In this document: piece by piece, positions 9,951-18,165 of the stretch | How positions within the stretch are numbered: position 1 is the stretch's first letter | How the letters are laid out: each line of letters begins with the position of its first letter | Source: Acidobacteriota bacterium | Lineage (GTDB): Bacteria > Acidobacteriota > Holophagae > Acanthopleuribacterales > Acanthopleuribacteraceae | Direction of reading: 5' to 3' | Assembly (NCBI GenBank): GCA_020637335.1 | Contig: JACJWC010000005.1 | Location: 109,513-173,512 of the forward strand | Length of the DNA stretch: 64,000 bases | Notes under the pieces: generated by a model | Told to the model about the DNA's origin: nothing | Databases searched by the model: none | Seen by the model: only the letters and a program-made list of their open reading frames with translations | Made by a program: the position numbers and the translations under genes

Positions 9951-10745
9951 TTAAGGTTTAACAAATTTGAGGGTCATGCGATCGCTTTCACCGATGGCTT
10001 TAAGCGCCTCAGCATCCAGTTCGCGTTCGTTATCGCCTTCTTTGACTTTGGTCGCCAAGCGCGGCGGCAGGGTCCAGACACCATTAGGGTGTTCGGTTGT
10101 ATCCTTAGGATTAGCATTAATTTCGGATTGGTCAACCAACTTAAAACCCGCCTTGGTGGCCAGGTCAATAACGGTTTGAACATGCACGTATCCCGAATCG
10201 GGGTCCGCAGCTTTATCGGCAGGACGGCGGTGTTCAACCACGCCCAAGATTCCACCCGACTTCAACGTTTTAAAAAACGCGTCAAAAGCCGGTTGGGCAT
10301 TGTCAGGCATCCAGTTGTGCACATTGCGGAAGGTTAGAACCATGTCCGCTTGACCCTCTGGCATTTCAATTTTTGTACCCGGTTGGAAAATGCACATTTT
10401 GACCTTGTCATACGCCTCGGGATGTGTGGCCAAAAGTGCCTGATATCCATCGTAGGAGCGTTTGTAGTAGCCGGTGGCGTCAGGCGCGGCATGTGCGGCA
10501 TAAAAGGTCCCCTTCTCGCGCAGGTAAGGTGCAAGAATTTCGGTGTACCAGCCACCGCCCGGTGAAATTTCCACCACAGTCATATCGGGCTTGATGCCAA
10601 AAAAAGCTAAGGTTTCAGCAGGATGACGATAGACATCACGGGCTTTGTTCTCGGGGCTGCGATGATCGCCATCAACAACCTTTTGAAGCATGGGATCCCC
10701 AGCCAACAGGCAGGTGGAAAGGAGCATCGGAAGCACAAAACGCAT
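9951..10745 (-). CDS. Secreted class I SAM-dependent methyltransferase
   Basis: Methyltransferase-fold motifs (VVEISPGGGWYTEILAP; GGILGVVEHR) are present. Start is chosen at the internal Met (MRFVLPMLLSTCLLAG, a signal peptide), which is preceded by the strong RBS AAAGAGGA. The listed 331-aa ORF has an implausible 67-aa N-terminal extension. Confidence 0.7.
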   Translation of the reverse strand: MRFVLPMLLSTCLLAGDPMLQKVVDGDHRSPENKARDVYRHPAETLAFFGIKPDMTVVEISPGGGWYTEILAPYLREKGTFYAAHAAPDATGYYKRSYDGYQALLATHPEAYDKVKMCIFQPGTKIEMPEGQADMVLTFRNVHNWMPDNAQPAFDAFFKTLKSGGILGVVEHRRPADKAADPDSGYVHVQTVIDLATKAGFKLVDQSEINANPKDTTEHPNGVWTLPPRLATKVKEGDNERELDAEALKAIGESDRMTLKFVKP

Positions 10746-10989
10746 AAAAATATCCTCTTTTATTGGGAATGGCGTTCTTTCCAACGGAACCCGTTCCCTT
10801 GGCAAAAGGCCAAATAAAGGGTGTTCGATCCGTTTGAAAGAGCAAATGACACCCGATCTTAACGTTTTTAAGGGCAAAAAGATTCCCTGTTTGTGGGTAA
10901 ACAGCAAAAAACAGCCTATTTCATGCAGCAAAAAGAAAAAAGCCACCCGTTGAAGGTGGCTAAAAGGTTAACCCTGAGGATTGGGTTGT

Positions 10990-11066
<77 letters not shown>

Positions 11067-11237
11067 ACAATTCGCAAAGGATACTTTTTTCGCGGCCAAC
11101 TGTCAAACTGAAAATGATCGGAGACGTGCAGAAACAAGCTTGCCTTCAAGCAAGTCCCGACAGGCAACGAATTCGCCCGGCCCTATGCGTTTAAGGGTAT
11201 GATGAATGGCACAAAAGCCGACTGAAGGTGGAGATGC

Positions 11238-12278
11238 GTGAACTCGTTCAGAAAGAGCCTGATCCAGCGTTTAGGGGTTGTAGCCCTGCTATTTATTGGC
11301 TTGAATATTTACGGCACCCTGGGCTTTTACTTCATCGAAAAGGTCAACTTATTTGAAGCGTTTTATATGTCGGCTATCACGTTTACAACCGTCGGCTATG
11401 GCGAGGTCTTTCCGCTTTCGACCGCTGGCAGGGTATTCACGGTTTCGACCATTTATATTGGCTTGCTGGTTTCAGGCCTTTCGATTGGCTATTTAAGCCA
11501 ACTCATCCTGCGTTCAACGTTTCAGGATATCTTAAAGGGGAAAAGGGTGGAAAAAGCGGCGAAAAAACTTCAGGATCATTTCATCGTTTGCGGCTACGGC
11601 ATTACGGGTCAGCAACTGGTTGAGGAAATGCGTCAGATGGGCGAAACCATCGTAGTGATCGATCTGGCAGCCCGAGCCGAAGAATCGGAGGAGGACCTGC
11701 TCTTCATCCAGGGCGATGCGCGCCAGGATGCTGTTTTGGAAAAAGCGGCACTCCATCGGGCACGTGGACTGGCTTCGGTATTGACGGAGGATGCGGACAA
11801 CGTTTTTGTCGTCTTAACTGCCCGCTCGCTCCACCCCAAAATTAAAATTGTCAGCCGCTACAAAAACGATGACAGCTTAAAAAAACTCAAAGCAGCCGGT
11901 GCGGATGAAGCGATTAGCCCCTACCGAATGGGGGGTCAACGCCTGGCCCATGCCCTGACCCAGCCCATCCCCAACCACCTGTTGGCGACCTTAACCAAAG
12001 TTGCGGGCAGCGGCGTGCGCTTTGCCTATCTTCAGGTCGGCGACCAGAACCGGCTTCGCACCCAAACGGTGCGCACTTCGGAAATTCGCGATCGCTCAAT
12101 GGGCGCTTTGATTCTGGCCTTGGAAGACCGGCTCGGCAATACCAGTTTTAATCCGGCACCCGATCAAAGCCTCAAAGAAATTCACAAAATATTAGCGCTG
12201 GGCGACGAAACCCAGATTGAAGCCCTGCAACACTACATCTCGGAAATGGAGCTCAGCCATGAAAATGGAAGCGCATGA
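11238..12278 (+). CDS. 2-TM potassium channel with C-terminal RCK/TrkA-N domain (MthK/Kch-like)
   Basis: Two TM helices flank a pore helix with the canonical K+ selectivity filter TVGYGE. An RCK Rossmann motif (FIVCGYGITGQQL) and a TrkA-C-like tail follow. The start is GTG at 11238, preceded by RBS AAGGTGGAG. Confidence 0.85.
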   Translation: MNSFRKSLIQRLGVVALLFIGLNIYGTLGFYFIEKVNLFEAFYMSAITFTTVGYGEVFPLSTAGRVFTVSTIYIGLLVSGLSIGYLSQLILRSTFQDILKGKRVEKAAKKLQDHFIVCGYGITGQQLVEEMRQMGETIVVIDLAARAEESEEDLLFIQGDARQDAVLEKAALHRARGLASVLTEDADNVFVVLTARSLHPKIKIVSRYKNDDSLKKLKAAGADEAISPYRMGGQRLAHALTQPIPNHLLATLTKVAGSGVRFAYLQVGDQNRLRTQTVRTSEIRDRSMGALILALEDRLGNTSFNPAPDQSLKEIHKILALGDETQIEALQHYISEMELSHENGSA

Positions 12279-14736
12279 TTTCCTGGCCTTTGCTGAGCAG
12301 GAAGCGCGTCGCTACGGCAATGACCCTTTTGTTTTTGTTCGGGAGTTAGTGCAAAACAGCCGGGATGCGGGCGCTTCCCAGATCAATTTTCAGTCTGAAA
12401 TGATTGGCCAAACCTATGTTTTGCGCTGCGCTGATGACGGTTGCGGGATGAATGCCGAACAATTACAGGGTTTCTTGCTCAAACTTTTCGCCAGCAACAA
12501 ACAAGACAATCAATTGGGCATGTTTGGGGTTGGATTTTGGTCCGTCCTGCTTTTTGAACCCGAAGCCATCTACATCGACACATGTACCGGGTCCGAGCGC
12601 CATGTGCTCAGCTATCAAAAAGGGTGGAGCCAGGCAAAATGTAAACCCATGGAACCGGGCCCGGCTGGGACTCAGATTATCCTGCACAAACAGGCGCCCA
12701 ACGGCGACCAATGGAGCCCTGACCTTTTTAAACGCCTGGTGTATTACTGTGGTTATGTGGTTCGGCTGGGTGGTGAGAACCCTAAAAACCCTATGCCCCT
12801 GCCCATTCGCTTCAATGGCCAGGCCATCAATCAATCCATGCAACTGAATGGCTTGACCTGGCAAGCCTGGCGCGGCAAACGGGCCTGGGGAGTGATTGGC
12901 TTGGGCGCAAACCCGCTTGTACGACTCTATAAAGCGGGCATTTTGATCAAAGAATGCACGAGCTTAAATGAGCTTTGGCCGTCTCGACCCGCCATCCTGC
13001 CTAAAGTGGAGGGATTTTATCCCCAAGTCTTGATCAATTGCGCGGATTTTAATTTATTGTTGGATAGGCACACCATTGCCGAAGATCATGCGCTTGCCCA
13101 GGTTTTGGATGCCTGTTCTCATCTCCTCAAAAAACAGGCAAAAAATCTACTCAATCAAATGGCGCCAATGGACCTGGTCAATGGGACGCGTTACCTGCTC
13201 ATGCGACAAGGTAAAAAGCTTTTATTCGCTCTTGTGGCCCTTTTAGTGGTGGGCTGGAGCGGATGGTTTTTGACCCAGCAAAAAGGACCTGTGCCAATTT
13301 CGAATCGTGGGGCCGAACCCCAAGCGACGCAGGACATTTCCGCTGTTTTGGACCGCTATCGGGGACCGATCGTCGATAACCCCAACAGCCACCCGCCGCG
13401 TTGGCAAGTCAGTTTGGAAGGACCGCGGAAGGTGGATCTGATTTTAGGCTTGGTCGATCAGTTTGACCGAGATCGCGGTTGGTTGCCACGACGGCCGGAA
13501 TCGGTCGGGCCGTACCCACCCATCGCAAATCCGGCTGATGGCATTTTGCGCATACGCTTACAAGACACCCGCTTGCCCATGATCCTGCCCTATCCGCTTT
13601 TGGGGGCCATTAAAGCCAATACGGTTCAACTCGATGGAAAACCGTTTGGTCAAGTCGGTCAGACGCGTGCGGGTGAACCGATGCTGTTAGGTTCTGGTGT
13701 AATTCAGGGTGAATTGAGTTATGCCTTCGTTCTCGATTATCCCAATTTGCAAATGCAACCGCCCCTGAGCCCACCTCGCTTAGCTTGGGACGCTGAATTT
13801 AAGGCCTGGTTAGATCAGGCGCCCCTTAGCAGTTCGGAGGCCAATGCTTATTGGGTTCCGCTCTTACAAAAACGATTTGGCCCACCTCAAGAAGTACAGC
13901 CGCGCGGGACCACGTGGTTGGAGCGAGCCCTATCCGTTCAAAATTCAGATTGCGATATGGTTAATGGGCTGCTCACACTGCTTTTCCTCGAACAAGGTTT
14001 CCAAGCCCGACTCGCATTGGGGTTGGTCATTTCGCAAGGTCCACAAACCAACCATTTACATGCCTGGACCCTGATCCAAACCGAACAAGGCTTTGTGGCA
14101 ACAGATGCTTCACATCCCAATTTCTCACCACTCGTTCCACCAGATCCAGCAGATTCCCTGGCGGCGCCAGCCGCAGGCGGAAATATGGAACGCCAATTGG
14201 CACCCAGCCAAGCCAGTCCCATCGTCGCGACACAAGCACAAACGCCCTTTCCCTGGCGTTGGATATGGCTAGGTCTTATCGCCCTGTTGATCCTGCTCTT
14301 ATTGCGATATGCCTGGAAAGTTAAACGGGCACAAAATTCCGTTCGGACCGAACAACTCGCTTTTGCCGGTCGCTGGTTAGCCATGGTGGTCCGCTCCGGT
14401 GATATGCACCACGATCTTTTTTACAGGCCTCTGTTTAGCCGAGCCGATGGGAAGCGCGTCAGCTTCTATACCGTACTGAAATGGGCAGAAAATGCACCTC
14501 TTCTAATGGGCACCCAAGTCGACCACGGGTCCATCCTGGATAAGAATTGTCCTATTTTGCGGCAACTCCTGCCTTATTTACCGGAGGTGCTCGATCGCAG
14601 CATGGGGTTTTCTACACCAGGCCCGGCAGAAACGGTTGAAGTTCGCCCAGGCACCGCCTTGTTATGGGGACCCACTTCAGATGGTTGGTTGCTTATTGCT
14701 GACGACGATCCAAAAAATCCGCAAACGCCTGTTTAA
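12259..14736 (+). CDS. Membrane protein with N-terminal HSP90-like GHKL ATPase domain and a transglutaminase-like domain between two TM helices
   Basis: Bergerat-fold motifs are present: ELVQNSRDAGAS (N-box ExxxNxxDA), DDGCGM (G1) and GMFGVGFWSV (G2, HSP90/MORC type GxFGVGFYS). Predicted TM1 is ~LLFALVALLVVGWSGWFL. The transglutaminase core reads C-x15-GFQARLALG ... HAWTLIQTEQGFVATDAS (Cys/His/Asp triad). Predicted TM2 is WRWIWLGLIALLILLLL, followed by a C-terminal tail of ~130 aa. Start is taken at ATG 12259 (MKMEAHD) rather than 12217; this overlaps the end of the channel gene by 20 nt. Confidence 0.6.
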   Translation: MKMEAHDFLAFAEQEARRYGNDPFVFVRELVQNSRDAGASQINFQSEMIGQTYVLRCADDGCGMNAEQLQGFLLKLFASNKQDNQLGMFGVGFWSVLLFEPEAIYIDTCTGSERHVLSYQKGWSQAKCKPMEPGPAGTQIILHKQAPNGDQWSPDLFKRLVYYCGYVVRLGGENPKNPMPLPIRFNGQAINQSMQLNGLTWQAWRGKRAWGVIGLGANPLVRLYKAGILIKECTSLNELWPSRPAILPKVEGFYPQVLINCADFNLLLDRHTIAEDHALAQVLDACSHLLKKQAKNLLNQMAPMDLVNGTRYLLMRQGKKLLFALVALLVVGWSGWFLTQQKGPVPISNRGAEPQATQDISAVLDRYRGPIVDNPNSHPPRWQVSLEGPRKVDLILGLVDQFDRDRGWLPRRPESVGPYPPIANPADGILRIRLQDTRLPMILPYPLLGAIKANTVQLDGKPFGQVGQTRAGEPMLLGSGVIQGELSYAFVLDYPNLQMQPPLSPPRLAWDAEFKAWLDQAPLSSSEANAYWVPLLQKRFGPPQEVQPRGTTWLERALSVQNSDCDMVNGLLTLLFLEQGFQARLALGLVISQGPQTNHLHAWTLIQTEQGFVATDASHPNFSPLVPPDPADSLAAPAAGGNMERQLAPSQASPIVATQAQTPFPWRWIWLGLIALLILLLLRYAWKVKRAQNSVRTEQLAFAGRWLAMVVRSGDMHHDLFYRPLFSRADGKRVSFYTVLKWAENAPLLMGTQVDHGSILDKNCPILRQLLPYLPEVLDRSMGFSTPGPAETVEVRPGTALLWGPTSDGWLLIADDDPKNPQTPV

Positions 14737-14935
14737 CCTCATCGCGGATTTGGCGACTGCCTTTTTCATATTGCGGTTCATATGGGCAATGCGCGCATTC
14801 ACAACCGCAACAATAGCCGCGCATTAAGTGATAGGGCTCTAACATCACCATGTAGCCCTGTTCGTTGAAACGGTAATATGTCCCCTCAGCCTCTTGACCG
14901 CTCACCCTCGCGCTTCCCTTCTGTTTCCATTCCAA
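14693..14935 (-). CDS. Small Cys-rich protein (CCGCECAHC motif; possibly Oxidored-like/zinc-ribbon)
   Basis: The 80-aa ORF has the cluster YCCGCECAHCPYEP. Its 3' end overlaps the 3' end of the GHKL-TGase gene by 44 nt on the opposite strand. Coding status is uncertain. Confidence 0.35.
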   Translation of the reverse strand: MEWKQKGSARVSGQEAEGTYYRFNEQGYMVMLEPYHLMRGYCCGCECAHCPYEPQYEKGSRQIRDEVKQAFADFLDRRQQ

Positions 14936-14987
14936 TTCCTTAATGCTAGTCTACTGAAAACAGGCTTTTAAAGAAAGGTTTGCCACT

Positions 14988-16127
14988 ATGGATTTCACCA
15001 TTGACATTGCCGGAGCCGTGCAGAAATTGGTGGAAAAACAACAGCTAAATCACGTCCACTACGCGGTTCAGCTCATTCGCGCATGCTTGGATTTTGAGCC
15101 CTCAAATATTCAAATTCAGACGGATCAGGGTTCTTTTTCGATTCAACACGATGGTGCTAACCTCGATCCAGATTTTTGGCAGGCATTGGTAGAGGTTTTG
15201 ACTCTGGGAAATGAACCACCTGCATTTTTGGCCTTGAAGCGAATCGAACACAATTACGGCCTGACCTTACTGTTTCCCTTTCGCCATTCAGACCAGGTCC
15301 TCCTGCACTCCGGTACGCGGACCATTGAACGGTCAGGCACCCAGACCCGAACGGGAAGTGCAAGCCATCTTGCGGGCTTCCGGTTGCAAATGGCCCGTCC
15401 AAAAGCGCAAGAGGGCGACGAACGGGCTGAGATCTCATTTTTTTGTCGGCGCCCACCCTGTAACCTGCATTTAAACGGGCGCCCGCTTACACCCAAAGAG
15501 GCTTTGAGCCAAGTTCCCGCATTGTTGCGCGGCCACATTCAAAATGAGCACGGCGAAGCCTTTTTCGGATTAGACGTGCAGGCCAGTCTGAGTGAAATCC
15601 ACTACCTCAAACACGGAATCTTATTTGGAACCCGGACTTTTTTGAATAGCCACAGTCTGCCGCTTATTTTGGAATGGGATAGCAAACTCCAAGACAAAGG
15701 AACTCAGTTTGAAAAAAGCATTGCGGCAGGCGACGAGGCCTGCATGCAAGCCCAATTGGCCATTCAAGAAGCTTTGGTTTCCCATTTCCTCGAATTGGAT
15801 CCAGCGCTTCAAGATCAGCTACGGCGCAAAATCCTGGCGTTACAGACCCAACCCTTTCCGCAACCGCTTGCCGCCATTCGGCTTTTCCGCACTAATATTT
15901 CTTCGATCCACAAGTCGCTGGCCGATTTGCGCAAGGACCAAAAGCGTTTTGGTGGGTGGCTGCCCTTCCACTTTATGAAACCTAAACCCAGTCGCGAAGC
16001 ACTGGCTATTCTCGGGCCTCAAGAATTGGCCTTTTTACGGGCCCAGGACCTCAAGCCGGTACGCTGGCAACCCGTTATGGACAAAAAGGGCATGGACATG
16101 ACAAATTGGCTGACAGATTCTCGTTGA
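14988..16127 (+). CDS. Hypothetical protein with degenerate (inactive) GHKL-like N-terminal domain, paralog of 12259..14736
   Basis: HYAVQLIRACLDFEPSNIQIQTDQGSFSIQHDGANLDPDFWQAL aligns collinearly with VFVRELVQNSRDAGASQINFQSEMIGQTYVLRCADDGCGMNAEQLQGFL of the upstream protein. The catalytic N, the D of the N-box, the GM of G1 and the glycines of G2 are all replaced. Confidence 0.5.
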   Translation: MDFTIDIAGAVQKLVEKQQLNHVHYAVQLIRACLDFEPSNIQIQTDQGSFSIQHDGANLDPDFWQALVEVLTLGNEPPAFLALKRIEHNYGLTLLFPFRHSDQVLLHSGTRTIERSGTQTRTGSASHLAGFRLQMARPKAQEGDERAEISFFCRRPPCNLHLNGRPLTPKEALSQVPALLRGHIQNEHGEAFFGLDVQASLSEIHYLKHGILFGTRTFLNSHSLPLILEWDSKLQDKGTQFEKSIAAGDEACMQAQLAIQEALVSHFLELDPALQDQLRRKILALQTQPFPQPLAAIRLFRTNISSIHKSLADLRKDQKRFGGWLPFHFMKPKPSREALAILGPQELAFLRAQDLKPVRWQPVMDKKGMDMTNWLTDSR

Positions 16128-16186
16128 CCCACTCGCAAAGGTTTGCTAACATCTCCGCTTTGTGCGCGAAGGAAAGTGAGGACGCC

Positions 16187-16630
16187 ATGGAAGTTTTATT
16201 ACGCGAAAGCGTACTGCATTTAGGCAAACGCGGCCAAGTTGTCAAAGTAAAGCCGGGTTATGCTCGTAACTATCTTCTGCCTAAAGGTCTGGCTGTAAAT
16301 GTGACCGAAGGCAACAAGCGGCAGATCGAACTGGAACGCCGTAATTATGAACGCAAGATTCTGGCTGAGAAACAGACGGCCGAAGAAGCAAAAGCGCAAC
16401 TGGAAGCCCTGAACCTGACCTTGAAGAAACGGGCTGGCGATACCAACCACCTTTTCGGTTCGGTAACCCATCAAGATATTGCTACCCTGCTCAAAGAAAA
16501 AGGGTTTGATATCGACCGTCGCAAAATTGAAACACCGACCATCCGCGAATTGGGCGAATTCAAAATCAGTGTCCGCCTGCATCCGGAAGTTGTTGGCGAA
16601 TTTACGCTCAACGTCTTACGTCGCGAATAG
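16187..16630 (+). CDS. rplI: 50S ribosomal protein L9
   Basis: MEVLLRESVLHLGKRGQVVKVKPGYARNYLLPKGLAV is the canonical L9 N-domain. Start is set at the internal Met with RBS AAGGAAAGTGAGGA. The ORF is 148 aa. Confidence 0.9.
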   Translation: MEVLLRESVLHLGKRGQVVKVKPGYARNYLLPKGLAVNVTEGNKRQIELERRNYERKILAEKQTAEEAKAQLEALNLTLKKRAGDTNHLFGSVTHQDIATLLKEKGFDIDRRKIETPTIRELGEFKISVRLHPEVVGEFTLNVLRRE

Positions 16631-16651
16631 GGATTCTTTCATCGATTTTTT

Positions 16652-16682
16652 AGGCTCGCCGATTGGCGAGCCTTTTTTTTTG
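16652..16682 (+). terminator. Rho-independent terminator downstream of rplI
   Basis: AGGCTCGCC(gatt)GGCGAGCCT hairpin followed by T9. Confidence 0.8.
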
Positions 16683-16821
16683 AGCCCATGAGCGAATTTG
16701 GAATATAGTTCATAAACACAGCCCTTTAGCGCATTTTTCTATCCGCCTGTTAAGCACCTATCCGCCTGGATCCGATATAGCCAGTATGCAACGGAGTGCA
16801 AATTCCATCAGGGAGGATGGC

Positions 16822-17826
16822 ATGCGAATCCAGGAGAGTCAGGTTCAGCTCGCGTCTCAGTATCAGCGCACAACGACAACGGAACACCGCGAAAGTCTAG
16901 AAATTTCCTTTAATCCTGCGGCGCCAAGCACGCAAAGAGCGCGAGCAGGATCGCCAATCGCGTCAAAACCAACCGTCGAAAAGGACAAAGATCCAGAAGA
17001 AAAACTCTCCGAGGACAGTAAGATCCTCATTGTCAAACGACTTTTGGAAAGCCTGCTCGGCAAAGAATTTAAGTGGGCAGACCCCGAAGATTTCCAAAAC
17101 GAAGCGCCTAGCGCAGGTCAGGCCACTACCCCATCGCCTGATCGTTCAAACGCAGGCGATGCCTTTTATTTGCGTTATGAAAAAGTGGATCGCTATGAAG
17201 ACCATGAACAAAGTGCATTTCAAGCTCAGGGTACCTTGACCACCGAAGATGGGCGCCAATTGGCTTTTAATTTTTCTATGACCATGGAACGCCATGTGGT
17301 TCAGGAATCAAGCATCCTGATTACCGCCGGCAAAAAACCGGTTGATCCCCTCGCCCTCAATTTGGACGGCGGACCGGCAGCACTCCAAAATGAAACCTTT
17401 GAATTTGACCTCAATCTTGACGGTCAGAATGAACAGTTCCGCCTGCTTGAACCGGGCAGTTATTATTTGGTTTTGGACAAAAACGCCGATGGCAAGGTTA
17501 ATGATGGCGGCGAGTTGTTTGGCCCTGCTTCGGGTAACGGCTTTGCCGATTTGGCCCGTTACGACGAGGATGGCAACCAGTGGATTGATGAAGGCGATCG
17601 AGTGTTTCATCAACTCACCCTTTGGATGGGTCGCAACGAAGGCAATGACCAACTACTCGGTCTCAAACAAGCTGGCGTTGGTGCACTCTACTTGGGTTCA
17701 GTCCAAACACCTTTCCACCTGACAGATTCTCAGGGCTCTGAACTCGGACAGATCCAGCAAAGTGGCGTGTTTTTGCACGAGGATGGACGGGTTGGAAGTT
17801 TGCAACAGATCGATGTTGCCGTTTAA
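16822..17826 (+). CDS. Hypothetical protein with EF-hand-like Ca2+-binding loops
   Basis: Start is at ATG 16822, preceded by RBS GGGAGGA. Two D-x-[DN]-x-D-G-like loops are present (DKNADGKVNDGGE and DEDGNQWIDEGD). No recognisable catalytic motifs were found. Confidence 0.45.
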   Translation: MRIQESQVQLASQYQRTTTTEHRESLEISFNPAAPSTQRARAGSPIASKPTVEKDKDPEEKLSEDSKILIVKRLLESLLGKEFKWADPEDFQNEAPSAGQATTPSPDRSNAGDAFYLRYEKVDRYEDHEQSAFQAQGTLTTEDGRQLAFNFSMTMERHVVQESSILITAGKKPVDPLALNLDGGPAALQNETFEFDLNLDGQNEQFRLLEPGSYYLVLDKNADGKVNDGGELFGPASGNGFADLARYDEDGNQWIDEGDRVFHQLTLWMGRNEGNDQLLGLKQAGVGALYLGSVQTPFHLTDSQGSELGQIQQSGVFLHEDGRVGSLQQIDVAV

Positions 17827-17835
17827 CCTTTTTAT

Positions 17836-18165
17836 CTAACGCATCAGGATTTGCAGTCCGTGCAAGGCATACAGGGAAACCATACCCACCACAATGGTTG
17901 CCAGCAAATTACGGTAGCGATACGCCACCCAGGCAGCCAAAATCGCTGCGCCAAGGCGCGGATCCCAACTGGTAGACACATGTCCGTGTTTGACAAACAA
18001 ACCTGAACAGGCCAGGGCCGCCATGACGGATGCGGGAATGAGTCGCAACAATTTTTGAATTTTTTGCGGATCTGGCATCCGCTCACCCAGAGCGATAAAC
18101 ACATAGCGGAACAAAAACGTGCCCAAACCACCCAAAATTAAAACCATCCAGATACGCATATTCAT
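17836..18165 (-). CDS. azlD: Branched-chain amino acid transport protein AzlD
   Basis: A 109-aa hydrophobic protein (MVLILGGLGTFLFRYVFIAL...) lies immediately downstream of azlC. Its start overlaps the azlC stop by 4 nt (ATGA). Confidence 0.75.
   Translation of the reverse strand: MNMRIWMVLILGGLGTFLFRYVFIALGERMPDPQKIQKLLRLIPASVMAALACSGLFVKHGHVSTSWDPRLGAAILAAWVAYRYRNLLATIVVGMVSLYALHGLQILMR

Noticed and set aside
10746-10946. 67-aa N-terminal extension of the secreted methyltransferase ORF
   Set aside because: The internal Met at 10745 is preceded by a consensus RBS AAAGAGGA and begins a typical signal peptide. The extension is hydrophobic junk with no start context.
12217-12258. Upstream extension of the GHKL-TGase ORF (listed start 12217, MKPCNTTSRKWSSA...)
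   Set aside because: The extension has no RBS and lies deep inside the channel gene. The ATG at 12259 (MKMEAHD) gives a 20-nt coupling overlap and is the more plausible start.
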